This document shows, piece by piece, positions 55,882 to 63,946 of a DNA stretch of 64,000 nt. The DNA is taken from positions 15,157 through 79,156 of the forward strand of contig WJIY01000015.1 of assembly GCA_014730005.1 (NCBI GenBank), given 5' to 3'. The number at the start of each line of letters is the position of its first letter. Position 1 is the first letter of the stretch. Made by a program: the position numbers and the translations under genes. This DNA is from Candidatus Babelota bacterium (GTDB lineage: Bacteria > Babelota > Babeliae > Babelales > UASB340). A model generated the notes under the pieces. The model was given only the letters and a program-made list of their open reading frames with translations. It was not told where the DNA came from and searched no databases.

Positions 55882-56136
55882 TTAATACCAGTCAATAATC
55901 ATTCGTTTACATTTTTTCAGAGTGGGTAAAAGATTTCTCATGATTTCATATACCTCTTCTTCTGCAATCCTTTTATTTTTTTAAATATGGAATCATAAAC
56001 CTCGAGCATTTCTTCTTTTGTTATATTAGGACTTGTAAATTAATTCTCCCTTCTTAAAACAATGAATGCAATATTCTTTATTTTTGCTGTTATCAATATT
56101 TGTTCCACAAATTTCTTTTTTTATAACTTTAACATC
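55882..56136 (-). pseudogene. Frameshifted pseudogene of a putative zinc-ribbon (Zn_ribbon_2-like) protein
   Basis: Minus strand, three frames: DVKVIKKEICGTNIDNSKNKEYCIHCFKKGE.. / FTSPNITKEEMLEVYDSIFKKIKGL / AEEEVYEIMRNLLPTLKKCKRMIIDWY*. The recalled consensus is C..CGMPL...GTN.DGS...YC.YC...G.F....T.EEM...LP.LKRW. The first CxxC and the start codon are missing. Confidence 0.5.
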
Positions 56137-56171
56137 TATTATTATTAATCACAATTAGATTCATCTTATTT

Positions 56172-56903
56172 TCAATCTCTAACAAACAAAGCCAAAAATT
56201 CCTTATTCCCTGTTGCTCCTAAAATTGGTGATTCTATAAGACCAATCATTTTAAAATCAAATTCCCGCATGCCATTTTTAATTTTTTCAATAACTTCTTT
56301 ATGAACATGTTCATTTTTTATAATTCCACCCTTACCAACTTGACTTTTTTCAGCTTCAAATTGAGGTTTAATTAAAGTAATAATTTTAGCATTGGGTTTT
56401 ATTAACTTTATTACAGCAGGCATAACTTTAAGAATCGATATAAAAGAAAGATCTAATGTTACAAGATCAACAAGCTCCGGTAATTTTTCTAATTTTCTCA
56501 AATTCATACGCTCTAATAAAATCAAACGCTCATCTTTTAGAAGCTTTTCATGAACTTGTCCATAACCAACATCCACCCCATAAACTTTTTTGGCGCCTCT
56601 TTGTACCAAACAATCCGTAAAACCACCTGTTGAAATTCCTGCATCTAAAACAACTAAACCATTAACATCAACTTCAAAATAATCCAAAGCCTTTTCAAGT
56701 TTGAGTCCGGCTCTACTTACATATTTCGGTTCATTTACAGATAATTGCACATCTGATTTCACATCAATCAAAGTTCCCGCTTTATTAATTACCATTCCAT
56801 CAACTGATGCTTTACCTTGTAAAATCAAACTTTGAATTTTATTACGACTTAAATGCGGATATTTTTCTTGTACAATTAAATCTAATCTTTTTTTTTCTTT
56901 CAT
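56172..56903 (-). CDS. tlyA: TlyA-family rRNA 2'-O-methyltransferase (hemolysin A-like)
   Basis: 243 aa. N-terminal S4 domain (KKRLDLIVQEKYPHLSRNKIQSLILQGKASVDG) plus FtsJ-like MTase (VLDAGISTGGFTDCLVQRGAKKVYGVDVG). Confidence 0.9.
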   Translation of the reverse strand: MKEKKRLDLIVQEKYPHLSRNKIQSLILQGKASVDGMVINKAGTLIDVKSDVQLSVNEPKYVSRAGLKLEKALDYFEVDVNGLVVLDAGISTGGFTDCLVQRGAKKVYGVDVGYGQVHEKLLKDERLILLERMNLRKLEKLPELVDLVTLDLSFISILKVMPAVIKLIKPNAKIITLIKPQFEAEKSQVGKGGIIKNEHVHKEVIEKIKNGMREFDFKMIGLIESPILGATGNKEFLALFVRD

Positions 56904-56905
56904 TT

Positions 56906-58555
56906 TTAAGCCGATTCAATTTTATCCAATAATTTTGATTTATTATAAAAATATCGTGCCGCAAGTTTATCTTCATCTTTTAATATATTATCTACTAAAA
57001 GTGGAGCAAACATTTTATCTTTAGTTTTTATTGTTAAAAATCCCCCCTTTTTACTTTTAGCAACCGCGTCTCTGAATTCTTGTAAAGTACTCACCTTCGT
57101 ATCATTAACCTCATCAATAATAGATCCCACATTTAATACTCTAGATCTTTTTGCCGATGAATCTGGTAAAATACTTGTAACCAAAACAGCAGGTTCATGA
57201 TGTGTTTCTGGTCGCATGTATTTTGTTAGATCAGGATTTTTATCTGCCAACAAAACAACATGATTTAGTGTTAAAGGCATTACAACCATACCTCCAATAA
57301 TTTCATAATCAACAAATTCCGATTCATACTCAGGATAAATCTTCCGAATTGGAGGAAGATAATCATCGTTTAATGTAAATTGGAAATCTTTTCTTTCACC
57401 ATTTCTATAAATCACAAAATGCATCTCATCTCCCACCTTATATCTATTTAAAAAATCTAATAAAGAAATCTTATCTTCACTCCAAGGAACAGAAAGTTCT
57501 CCATATAAATCTAGTTTGTAACCATTAACTTCATAAAGCATATCGTTTTCTTTAACGCCTATTTTATCCAAAATAGTATTTTCAAAAACTTGAGCTATAT
57601 ACCACCCCCCAGACGGAGGATTTCCTAAAAATTTAACCATCTCTGGTGTAGCAACAGTAAAAATGCAACCCAAGGTTGGCCGTCTGAGTAGTTTTACCTT
57701 ATACATATCTATTAAAGAACTTTTAACTTCATTTATCGGAATAATATATCCAACATTTTGTGCTTCAAGAACACCCGCAAAATTAATCCCTACTACTTCG
57801 CCCACAGAATTTATAGATGGCCCACCAGAATTGCCAGGATTTAAAGGGGCTGTGATTTGAATAAATCCTGCACGTTCTCTTCCACTAACAATTCCTAAAG
57901 TACTTTTTAATCGTTCCTGCCCCAATGGATATCCTAAGGCCAAAATTTCTTGTGTTCTTAAAATTTGATCCGAATCACCTAGTTTTAAAAATTTTATTTC
58001 TCCTAATTCATCTCTAATTTGATCAAAAGATTCATCGCTTAACTTTAACAATGCAATATCTTTATCCGGATAAACACCAACGATTTCAACATTAAATCGT
58101 TTTCGTCCAAATGAAGGAATTTGAATTTCTACGCTGCTTGATTGATTCACAACGTGATAATTAGTAATTATATAACCTTCATCATTAATAAAAAAACCAG
58201 AACCATAACTTTCAAAATGATCTGGTGATTTATATGGATCCAACCAATTAAATCTATTAACTTGTGTAAAAATTTGAACAACAGTATCTTTAACTTGTTT
58301 TTGTATCTCTAACCAATTTTTAGATTTAAACTGACCTGCGGCCACTTCTTTTACTTCAGCATCTATTTGACTAGCAACTTTGATTTTTTGTTGTTGCGCA
58401 ATCATAAATTCAAGATATTTAATTAAATCAATTTCTTTTTTGTATAAATAATAAAATCCAAAAGTAAGTGGTAAAAAAACAAAAATTGCACAATATATTA
58501 AAGTTCTAAAAAAACTGTTCCCATTTCTTTTGTACATAAAAAATTCCCTCAACAT
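56906..58555 (-). CDS. Membrane-anchored trypsin-like serine protease (S1C, Deg/HtrA-related) with PDZ-like C-terminal region
   Basis: 549 aa with an N-terminal TM. Catalytic blocks TNYHVV, DIALLKL and GNSGGPSI. NVGYIIP resembles Deg2/9-type enzymes. Confidence 0.8.
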   Translation of the reverse strand: MLREFFMYKRNGNSFFRTLIYCAIFVFLPLTFGFYYLYKKEIDLIKYLEFMIAQQQKIKVASQIDAEVKEVAAGQFKSKNWLEIQKQVKDTVVQIFTQVNRFNWLDPYKSPDHFESYGSGFFINDEGYIITNYHVVNQSSSVEIQIPSFGRKRFNVEIVGVYPDKDIALLKLSDESFDQIRDELGEIKFLKLGDSDQILRTQEILALGYPLGQERLKSTLGIVSGRERAGFIQITAPLNPGNSGGPSINSVGEVVGINFAGVLEAQNVGYIIPINEVKSSLIDMYKVKLLRRPTLGCIFTVATPEMVKFLGNPPSGGWYIAQVFENTILDKIGVKENDMLYEVNGYKLDLYGELSVPWSEDKISLLDFLNRYKVGDEMHFVIYRNGERKDFQFTLNDDYLPPIRKIYPEYESEFVDYEIIGGMVVMPLTLNHVVLLADKNPDLTKYMRPETHHEPAVLVTSILPDSSAKRSRVLNVGSIIDEVNDTKVSTLQEFRDAVAKSKKGGFLTIKTKDKMFAPLLVDNILKDEDKLAARYFYNKSKLLDKIESA

Positions 58556-58659
58556 TTTAAACGCTGCTTTATGACTTATTGAAAGTTTAACAAACAGATA
58601 AAAAATAAACAGAGGGCTAAAATATTTTATTTATTATTTAACCATAACAAAATTAATTA

Positions 58660-59418
58660 TTATTTTTTTTCGAAACGAAAAAAATAAATAAAAATAGTAT
58701 TCAAGAAATAAAATGCAAATAACAATAAAAGAACCCTATTGAACTGCAACACTGCAATTATTGCAAAAAGAATAATAAAAAAAACTAAATATAAGTTTTT
58801 ATTCAAATTGGGCAACTTTTGTTTAAAGGTAGGAAATGGAATAGTACTAATCATCAGAAACGCCAATAATAATTGCAAAAAAGCAATAAATATTAAAAAA
58901 AAATCATTTTTGGCTATTTTTATAGTATTTAACATCAATGTAGCTAAAAAACATCCTGCTATTGTTGTTGGCACACCCAAAAAAAATAAAGTTTGTTGTT
59001 CATGAATCACATTAAATCTTGCTAATCTTAACAAACCCGCAAGTAAAAAAATTGAACTAAAAATAATTCCCAAAAAACCTAAATATTTTAATTGCCAAAC
59101 ATAAATCAAAAAAGCCGGAGCCAAGCAAAAAGAAATTACATCACTTAAAGAATCAAGTTGCACACCAAAACTACTTTGAGTTTTAAAAAGCCTAGCCAAC
59201 CTACCATCAAGAGCATCCATCAACGCTCCAAGTAATATAAAATACCCTGCAGGAAAAAACTTGCCGGTTGCAGCAAAAACTATTGAACAAAACCCGAAAA
59301 AAGCATTTCCTAATGTAAAAAGATTCGGTATAAAAGTTAAACCTTTTTTTAAATTGATTTTATTTTTACTTTGTAGCACTACATCTTTTTTTTGTTTTAT
59401 TTTATCTATTAAAGCCAT
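58660..59418 (-). CDS. pssA: CDP-diacylglycerol--serine O-phosphatidyltransferase (CDP-alcohol phosphatidyltransferase family)
   Basis: 252 aa polytopic. DALDGRLARLFKTQSSFGVQLDSLSDVISF matches the D.xDGxxAR...G...D...D motif. Confidence 0.8.
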   Translation of the reverse strand: MALIDKIKQKKDVVLQSKNKINLKKGLTFIPNLFTLGNAFFGFCSIVFAATGKFFPAGYFILLGALMDALDGRLARLFKTQSSFGVQLDSLSDVISFCLAPAFLIYVWQLKYLGFLGIIFSSIFLLAGLLRLARFNVIHEQQTLFFLGVPTTIAGCFLATLMLNTIKIAKNDFFLIFIAFLQLLLAFLMISTIPFPTFKQKLPNLNKNLYLVFFIILFAIIAVLQFNRVLLLLFAFYFLNTIFIYFFRFEKK

Positions 59419-59471
59419 TAATTCCTTATTTCTAAATAAGAATATTTATTATTATTAATTAAAATAATAAA

Positions 59472-60014
59472 TTATTTGGCAACGCTAACTTTAGCATGTC
59501 TTAAAACTTTATCTTTAAATAAATATCCAGGGCTAAACACTTGAACAATTTGGCCACTTTCGTGCTCTTTTGAATCTACCTGCATCAAAGCTTCATGTAG
59601 GGAAGGATCAAATTGGCCATTGGTGCTTATTTGTTTAATTTCTAAATCTTTAAGAGCTTTTTTCAATTTTTTTTGGATAATTAGAAAACCTTCTAGTAAA
59701 GACATTGTTTTCTCATCAAATTCTTCTTTTTTGATATTTTGCATAGCAAGATCCAAATCATCAATGAATGGCAACAATGTTTTTATAACTTTTGTTTGAC
59801 CTACATCGATCCATTCAGTTTTTTCTTTTTCAATTCTTCTTTTGAAATTTTGAAAATCTGAATTAACTCTTAATAATTGATCTTTAATTTTTTCATGTTC
59901 TCTTTGTAATTTTTCCAAATCTTCTGACTTTATATTTTTTTCAGGCAAATTTTGTTTTTCATTAAATTTAGGATTTTCATCATCCTTTATTTTAATTTTC
60001 TTATCTTTAATCAT
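59472..60014 (-). CDS. grpE: Nucleotide exchange factor GrpE
   Basis: 180 aa. Coiled N-terminal helix with LRVNSDFQNFKRRIEKE (GrpE R..A.F.N.RKR motif) and C-terminal GYLFKDKVLRHAKVSV. Confidence 0.9.
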   Translation of the reverse strand: MIKDKKIKIKDDENPKFNEKQNLPEKNIKSEDLEKLQREHEKIKDQLLRVNSDFQNFKRRIEKEKTEWIDVGQTKVIKTLLPFIDDLDLAMQNIKKEEFDEKTMSLLEGFLIIQKKLKKALKDLEIKQISTNGQFDPSLHEALMQVDSKEHESGQIVQVFSPGYLFKDKVLRHAKVSVAK

Positions 60015-60146
60015 TGCATAATTCCCTTAATGCTTTAAACATAATTCAATTTTATTTTAACAAAAATTTTTTTTGCTATAAAATGGTAAAAAACATTGCT
60101 AATGCTGAAATATATGTAAATTTGAGACAAAAATGTAAAATCGTCA

Positions 60147-60202
60147 AGTTAAATAAATAAGGGGACGGCTTTATTATAAGCCGTCCCCTTATTTATTTAA
60201 CT
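60147..60202. terminator. Bidirectional intrinsic terminator: 25-bp stem with G+C core AAGGGGACGGCTT/AAGCCGTCCCCTT, 6-nt loop
   Basis: Arms 60147-60171 and 60178-60202 are exact complements. Lies 13 nt downstream of the DUF378 stop (minus strand), with flanking A/T tracts. Confidence 0.65.
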
Positions 60203-60214
60203 ATTTAATATAGA

Positions 60215-60412
60215 TTAGCTACGAAAAAGAGATACTAAAAGATAAATACCTGCTAATGCTACAATTGCATAAATAATCTTATCCAAACCAACATTGCCAA
60301 CCAAACGATCAATATAACTGACAAGATTAAATCTCAAAAATGCGACTAAACCCCAATTAATTGCTCCAATAGCAGCCAACAATCCTGCTATCCAATCTAA
60401 AACCTTCATCAT
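60215..60412 (-). CDS. DUF378 family small membrane protein
   Basis: The track ORF extends to 60457. The ATG at 60412 follows AAAGGAGAA and gives MMKVLDWIAGLLAAIGAINWGLVAF..., the typical DUF378 opening. About 65 aa with 2 TMs. Confidence 0.75.
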   Translation of the reverse strand: MMKVLDWIAGLLAAIGAINWGLVAFLRFNLVSYIDRLVGNVGLDKIIYAIVALAGIYLLVSLFRS

Positions 60413-60487
60413 AGATTGTTCTCCTTTGCATAAGTAAAAAATAAAAACCACTCTCAAAACTAGTTTCTACTTTATTTTCACAAGAAC

Positions 60488-60537
60488 AATTTTGTAAAGA
60501 ATTTATAAAATTAATTTTATAAATTCTTTACAAAATT
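60488..60537. repeat. Perfect 50-bp palindrome (25-bp arms, no spacer)
   Basis: AATTTTGTAAAGAATTTATAAAATT|AATTTTATAAATTCTTTACAAAATT, every position paired when checked by hand. Located between the stop of the 60580 gene and the DUF378 start. Confidence 0.9.
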
Positions 60538-60579
60538 TAAGAAAATTTATAATTAAGTTAGCTTAAACTAATAATAAAT

Positions 60580-61707
60580 CTACATTAAACAATTTTGAAC
60601 ATTTATTCGTCTTTCAAGAGGAGTCGGATGAGTAATATTTGAATATAAACGATTTGTATATTCCTCTATATATTCACATTGCTTGCTAATATTAAAATCC
60701 ATTTCATCTGATCCCATAAAATCTTTTAAATTTGTACATGCTAAATAAAGTTGTTGATAAATTCTTTCAATATCTTGATTGCTCAAACCAACTTTTGGGT
60801 TAAAATTCTTTTGTAAAGCTTTTTCAAAAACATTATTAACTACATATCCAAATTTCGCATGTGAAGAGCAAGATCCCAATTCAGCTAAATCAGATTTTTC
60901 ACGAATTATTGTATTAACAAGAACCCTGATTAAATGATTAATTTCATCTAAATTAATCTTAAAAGTAAAAGCATTACTGTTTAAAATAGTGTAAATATGA
61001 CCAGCCAAGGTTACCATATCTATTGCTTTTATCAGGTTTTCACCATTATGTCTTCCTAAAAATTCTACTGCCTTAGTATCTGCTTGATATTCAGATTCTT
61101 TAGATTCTTGCAAATGATTATGATACATGTGTCCGATTTCGTGAGCAATAATACTTTTTAATAATTCATTACCATCTTTATTCCAAAAAAATAATTTTAC
61201 AAGATTCTCGCCCAAAGTAAGTTTATAATTCTTTTCAATATCTTTTTTAGCAAACTGATTTTCTTCTCCATTTTTTGTAACAGTTTTTACTGTTGTAATT
61301 TCTGTAATTGATGTTGTTGCACTTGCATTATATGTTTTTTGATCCGTTCCAACATAAAGATACAATTTAGGTGTTTTAATACCAGCCATCTTAACAAAAA
61401 ATTGAACATTTTTTTCAATTTGAGTTATAAAATTAGGTGCTATTTTTTTGCTTTCTTCATCATCCAGCCCAATTAAATCAAAATTATTGAAATTATTTTT
61501 TAAGGAATTTATTTCTTTTTCAATAACATCATAATCTCCACTTACAGCATTAAGTTCTAAAGCTATATTTTTCGAATCTTGAAATTGCAAAGAATCTAAA
61601 TGAGAAGTGTTGACCGAAATCTTATCTTCATGAAAATCGGCCTCATTGTGAGCAAAAATTGAATTAATGCAAAAAAGAAAAAAGACATTTTTAATTATTT
61701 TTTTCAT
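60580..61707 (-). CDS. Secreted HExxH zinc metalloprotease-like protein (M48-like core)
   Basis: 375 aa. Signal-like MKKIIKNVFFLFCINSIFA. IIAHEIGHMYHNHLQESKESEYQADTKAVEFLG gives HExxH plus a downstream E..AD, as in M48/Ste24-type peptidases. Confidence 0.6.
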   Translation of the reverse strand: MKKIIKNVFFLFCINSIFAHNEADFHEDKISVNTSHLDSLQFQDSKNIALELNAVSGDYDVIEKEINSLKNNFNNFDLIGLDDEESKKIAPNFITQIEKNVQFFVKMAGIKTPKLYLYVGTDQKTYNASATTSITEITTVKTVTKNGEENQFAKKDIEKNYKLTLGENLVKLFFWNKDGNELLKSIIAHEIGHMYHNHLQESKESEYQADTKAVEFLGRHNGENLIKAIDMVTLAGHIYTILNSNAFTFKINLDEINHLIRVLVNTIIREKSDLAELGSCSSHAKFGYVVNNVFEKALQKNFNPKVGLSNQDIERIYQQLYLACTNLKDFMGSDEMDFNISKQCEYIEEYTNRLYSNITHPTPLERRINVQNCLM

Positions 61708-61891
61708 TTTTATTAACCTCCTCTAATTCATATCTTTAGTAAAATAATACTACAAGCATATTTTTTTCGCAATTTTATAAAATAAAAGAAAAAAAACTAA
61801 AAAAAATTAATTTTATAGACAACAACAATAAATTTTTTTTAAACAAAAAAGTGAATTTTTTATAATAAAATCATTTAAAAATAATGAAAAA

Positions 61892-62593
61892 ATGAATAAA
61901 ACAGAAATTTTAAATGTCGAAAACTTAAATGTTTCATTTGGTGATGAAGAAATAATAAAAAACCTATCTTTTTCTATCAACGAAAAAGATGTATTCGTAA
62001 TTTTAGGCCCAAATGGCGCAGGAAAAACAACACTTTTGCGTGCATTGCTTAAAATTATTCCCTATACAGGCAAAATTGAATGGAAAACCTCAAAAATCAG
62101 TTATCTTCCCCCGCAAGAATTTTTTGCTCGAAAAGATCTACCTCCATTAAATATAAAAGAGTTTTTCAAATTTAAAAAAGTTTCACAAAAACAAATCAAT
62201 AATTTTTTAAATCTTGTTGGCCTTGAAAAAACAATTTTAAATAAGGAATTTACAAAACTCTCAACCGGCCAATTTCAAAGAACAATAATTGCTTGGGCTT
62301 TAGTATCAGATCCAAAAGTATTACTTTTTGATGAGCCAACCTCAGGAATAGATGTCGGAGGTGAAGAAACAATTTATTCACTTTTACACAAATTTTGGAC
62401 TGAAAAAAATTTAACTATAATCCTAGTAACACATGATTTAAATATTGTTTGGGAACATGCCCAAAAAGTTTTATGTCTTAACAAGAAAAAAATATGTCAA
62501 GGCAGTCCAGAACAAATCTTAACCCCTGAAAATTTAAAAAAATTGTATGGTACAAAAATAAAATTTTATAAACATGTCCATGGAGAAAATTAA
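61892..62593 (+). CDS. Metal (Zn/Mn-type) ABC transporter ATP-binding protein
   Basis: 233 aa. Walker A GPNGAGKTT, degenerate signature LSTGQFQRTIIAWAL, Walker B LLLFDEPTSGID. Paired with an ABC-3 permease. Confidence 0.8.
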   Translation: MNKTEILNVENLNVSFGDEEIIKNLSFSINEKDVFVILGPNGAGKTTLLRALLKIIPYTGKIEWKTSKISYLPPQEFFARKDLPPLNIKEFFKFKKVSQKQINNFLNLVGLEKTILNKEFTKLSTGQFQRTIIAWALVSDPKVLLFDEPTSGIDVGGEETIYSLLHKFWTEKNLTIILVTHDLNIVWEHAQKVLCLNKKKICQGSPEQILTPENLKKLYGTKIKFYKHVHGEN

Positions 62594-62594
62594 A

Positions 62595-63377
62595 ATGCAA
62601 TTTTTTCTAGCCCTTACTATGTGCTTTTTTATTGGTTCAACAGCCGGCTATATAGGCTCACTAATGTTAACAAAAAGAATGGCGCTAATGGGTGGAGCAC
62701 TTGGACATTTAACACTGCCAGGAATTACTTTAGCTTTACTTTATAATTTCGACGTATCTATAGGTGCTTTTTTATTTTTAATTTTAGGAATAGCAGCAAT
62801 TTGGCTTTTTGAACAAAAAACCAAATTGCCAACAGAAGCATTAACAGCTGTCGTTTTTGCTACCTCTATTGCCATATCTTTTATTTTTTTGCCCCAAGAA
62901 AAAACGGTTCCTGCCTTAATTGGCGATATTTCACAAATATCTCTAAATACAACATTTATTACATTAATACTTTCGATAATAATATTTTTAATAACAAGAA
63001 CAATTTTTTCAAAAATAATTTTAATAAGTATTTCAACAGATGTAGCTAAAGCAGAAAAAATCAATGTAAAACTCTATAACTTTATTTATCTTTTTTGTAT
63101 TGCATTAACAGTGGCTCTAGGTGTTCGAATTGTAGGCGGACTTTTAACAGCTGCGCTTGTTGCAATCCCTGCATGCATTAGTAAAAATTTAAGCAAAAAT
63201 CTCTTTCAATATTCTTATGGAGCACTTTTTTTTGGCGGATTATCATGTATTACTGGAAGCTTAATGTTTAAATTTACACATATTTCGATTGGTCCTCTAA
63301 TAATAATTTCAAGCAGCTTTATTTTTTTAATATCATTATTTTTCAAAAAAACGAGCTTTTTATCCTTTTTTACCTAA
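62595..63377 (+). CDS. Metal ABC transporter permease (ABC-3/ZnuB-like)
   Basis: The track ORF starts at 62574. The ATG at 62595 follows GGAGAA and clears the upstream stop. 8-9 TMs with ...MALMGGALGHLTLPGITLALL... typical of the ZnuB/MntB family. Confidence 0.75.
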   Translation: MQFFLALTMCFFIGSTAGYIGSLMLTKRMALMGGALGHLTLPGITLALLYNFDVSIGAFLFLILGIAAIWLFEQKTKLPTEALTAVVFATSIAISFIFLPQEKTVPALIGDISQISLNTTFITLILSIIIFLITRTIFSKIILISISTDVAKAEKINVKLYNFIYLFCIALTVALGVRIVGGLLTAALVAIPACISKNLSKNLFQYSYGALFFGGLSCITGSLMFKFTHISIGPLIIISSSFIFLISLFFKKTSFLSFFT

Positions 63378-63392
63378 TTTTCTTATAAATCT

Positions 63393-63428
63393 AATTAATC
63401 TAAATACAAATTAATCTAAATACAAATT
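63393..63428. repeat. Tandem 16-bp direct repeat AATTAATCTAAATACA x2 (+4 nt), abutting a candidate -35
   Basis: Units at 63393-63408 and 63409-63424 are identical, followed by a partial AATT. Confidence 0.8.
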
Positions 63429-63433
63429 TTTGA

Positions 63434-63463
63434 TTGACATACAAGATATTATGGGTATATATT
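63434..63463 (+). promoter_or_regulatory. Candidate sigma70-type promoter (TTGACA-N18-TATATT, or N16-TATATA)
   Basis: Consensus -35 TTGACA at 63434-63439. -10 candidates at 63456-63463. Lies 60 nt upstream of the ATG at 63522. Confidence 0.4.
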
Positions 63464-63521
63464 CATATTAGGATGAATATAAAAAAAAATAATTTGAATT
63501 TATGAAAACAAGTAGAGAATT

Positions 63522-63944
63522 ATGAATGATATTAATTTTATAAAAACATTAAACGCAATTATTTTATTTAGTATATTTCTGGCTTCTTGTACAAAAATAA
63601 ATGCAAATACAAAAAGAAGTCATTTATTTACAATAAAAACAATTGAAAGGAAAAATATGCCAAATTTTGATGGAACTGGTCCCAATGGAAATGGACCATT
63701 GAGTGGCAGAGGCTTTGGTAGATGTAGACCCAAAAAATTTGATGGAACTGGTCCCAATGGACATGGACCAAGAACAGGGCGAGGTTTAGGACCTTGCAAT
63801 GGCTTTAGATTGTACCGTCGTTTTTGGAACTCCCAAGAAAATACTAATTATAAAACCGAAGAAGAAATGCTCAAACAACAAAAAGAAATTCTTCAAGAAG
63901 AAATTAACGAAATACAACAACGTTTAGATCGTTTAAAAGATTAA
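63522..63944 (+). CDS. DUF5320-family protein with duplicated FDGTGPNG.GP motif; alternative start 63657
   Basis: MPNFDGTGPNGNGPLSGRGFGRC...FDGTGPNGHGPRTGRGLGPC plus a C-terminal coiled coil EEMLKQQKEILQEEINEIQQRLDRLKD match DUF5320 (MPR.DGTGP.G.GP.TGRG.G.C). The long form adds a lipoprotein-type signal LFSIFLASC. The short form (ATG 63657) has SD GAAAGGAAA. Confidence 0.7.
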   Translation: MNDINFIKTLNAIILFSIFLASCTKINANTKRSHLFTIKTIERKNMPNFDGTGPNGNGPLSGRGFGRCRPKKFDGTGPNGHGPRTGRGLGPCNGFRLYRRFWNSQENTNYKTEEEMLKQQKEILQEEINEIQQRLDRLKD

Positions 63945-63946
63945 AC

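Noticed and set aside
60015-60146. Searched upstream of grpE for a CIRCE element (TTAGCACTC-N9-GAGTGCTAA) or an hrcA/dnaK context
   Set aside because: Only direct TTGCTA repeats are present, with no inverted CIRCE-like repeat. No hrcA, dnaK or dnaJ is adjacent. No heat-shock operator is claimed.
9679-63064. About 30 further 60-107-aa track ORFs embedded antisense or out-of-frame in larger genes (e.g. 9679, 10069, 15222, 15974, 18483, 18692, 19380, 19637, 20150, 20720, 22872, 26332, 29329, 29830, 30362, 31713, 35926, 41358, 44799, 45614, 51467, 51929, 53066, 53432, 57663, 58739, 59261, 62741)
   Set aside because: Each is wholly contained in a longer ORF with recognisable family motifs or better start context. 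They are expected shadow ORFs and are not reported as genes.
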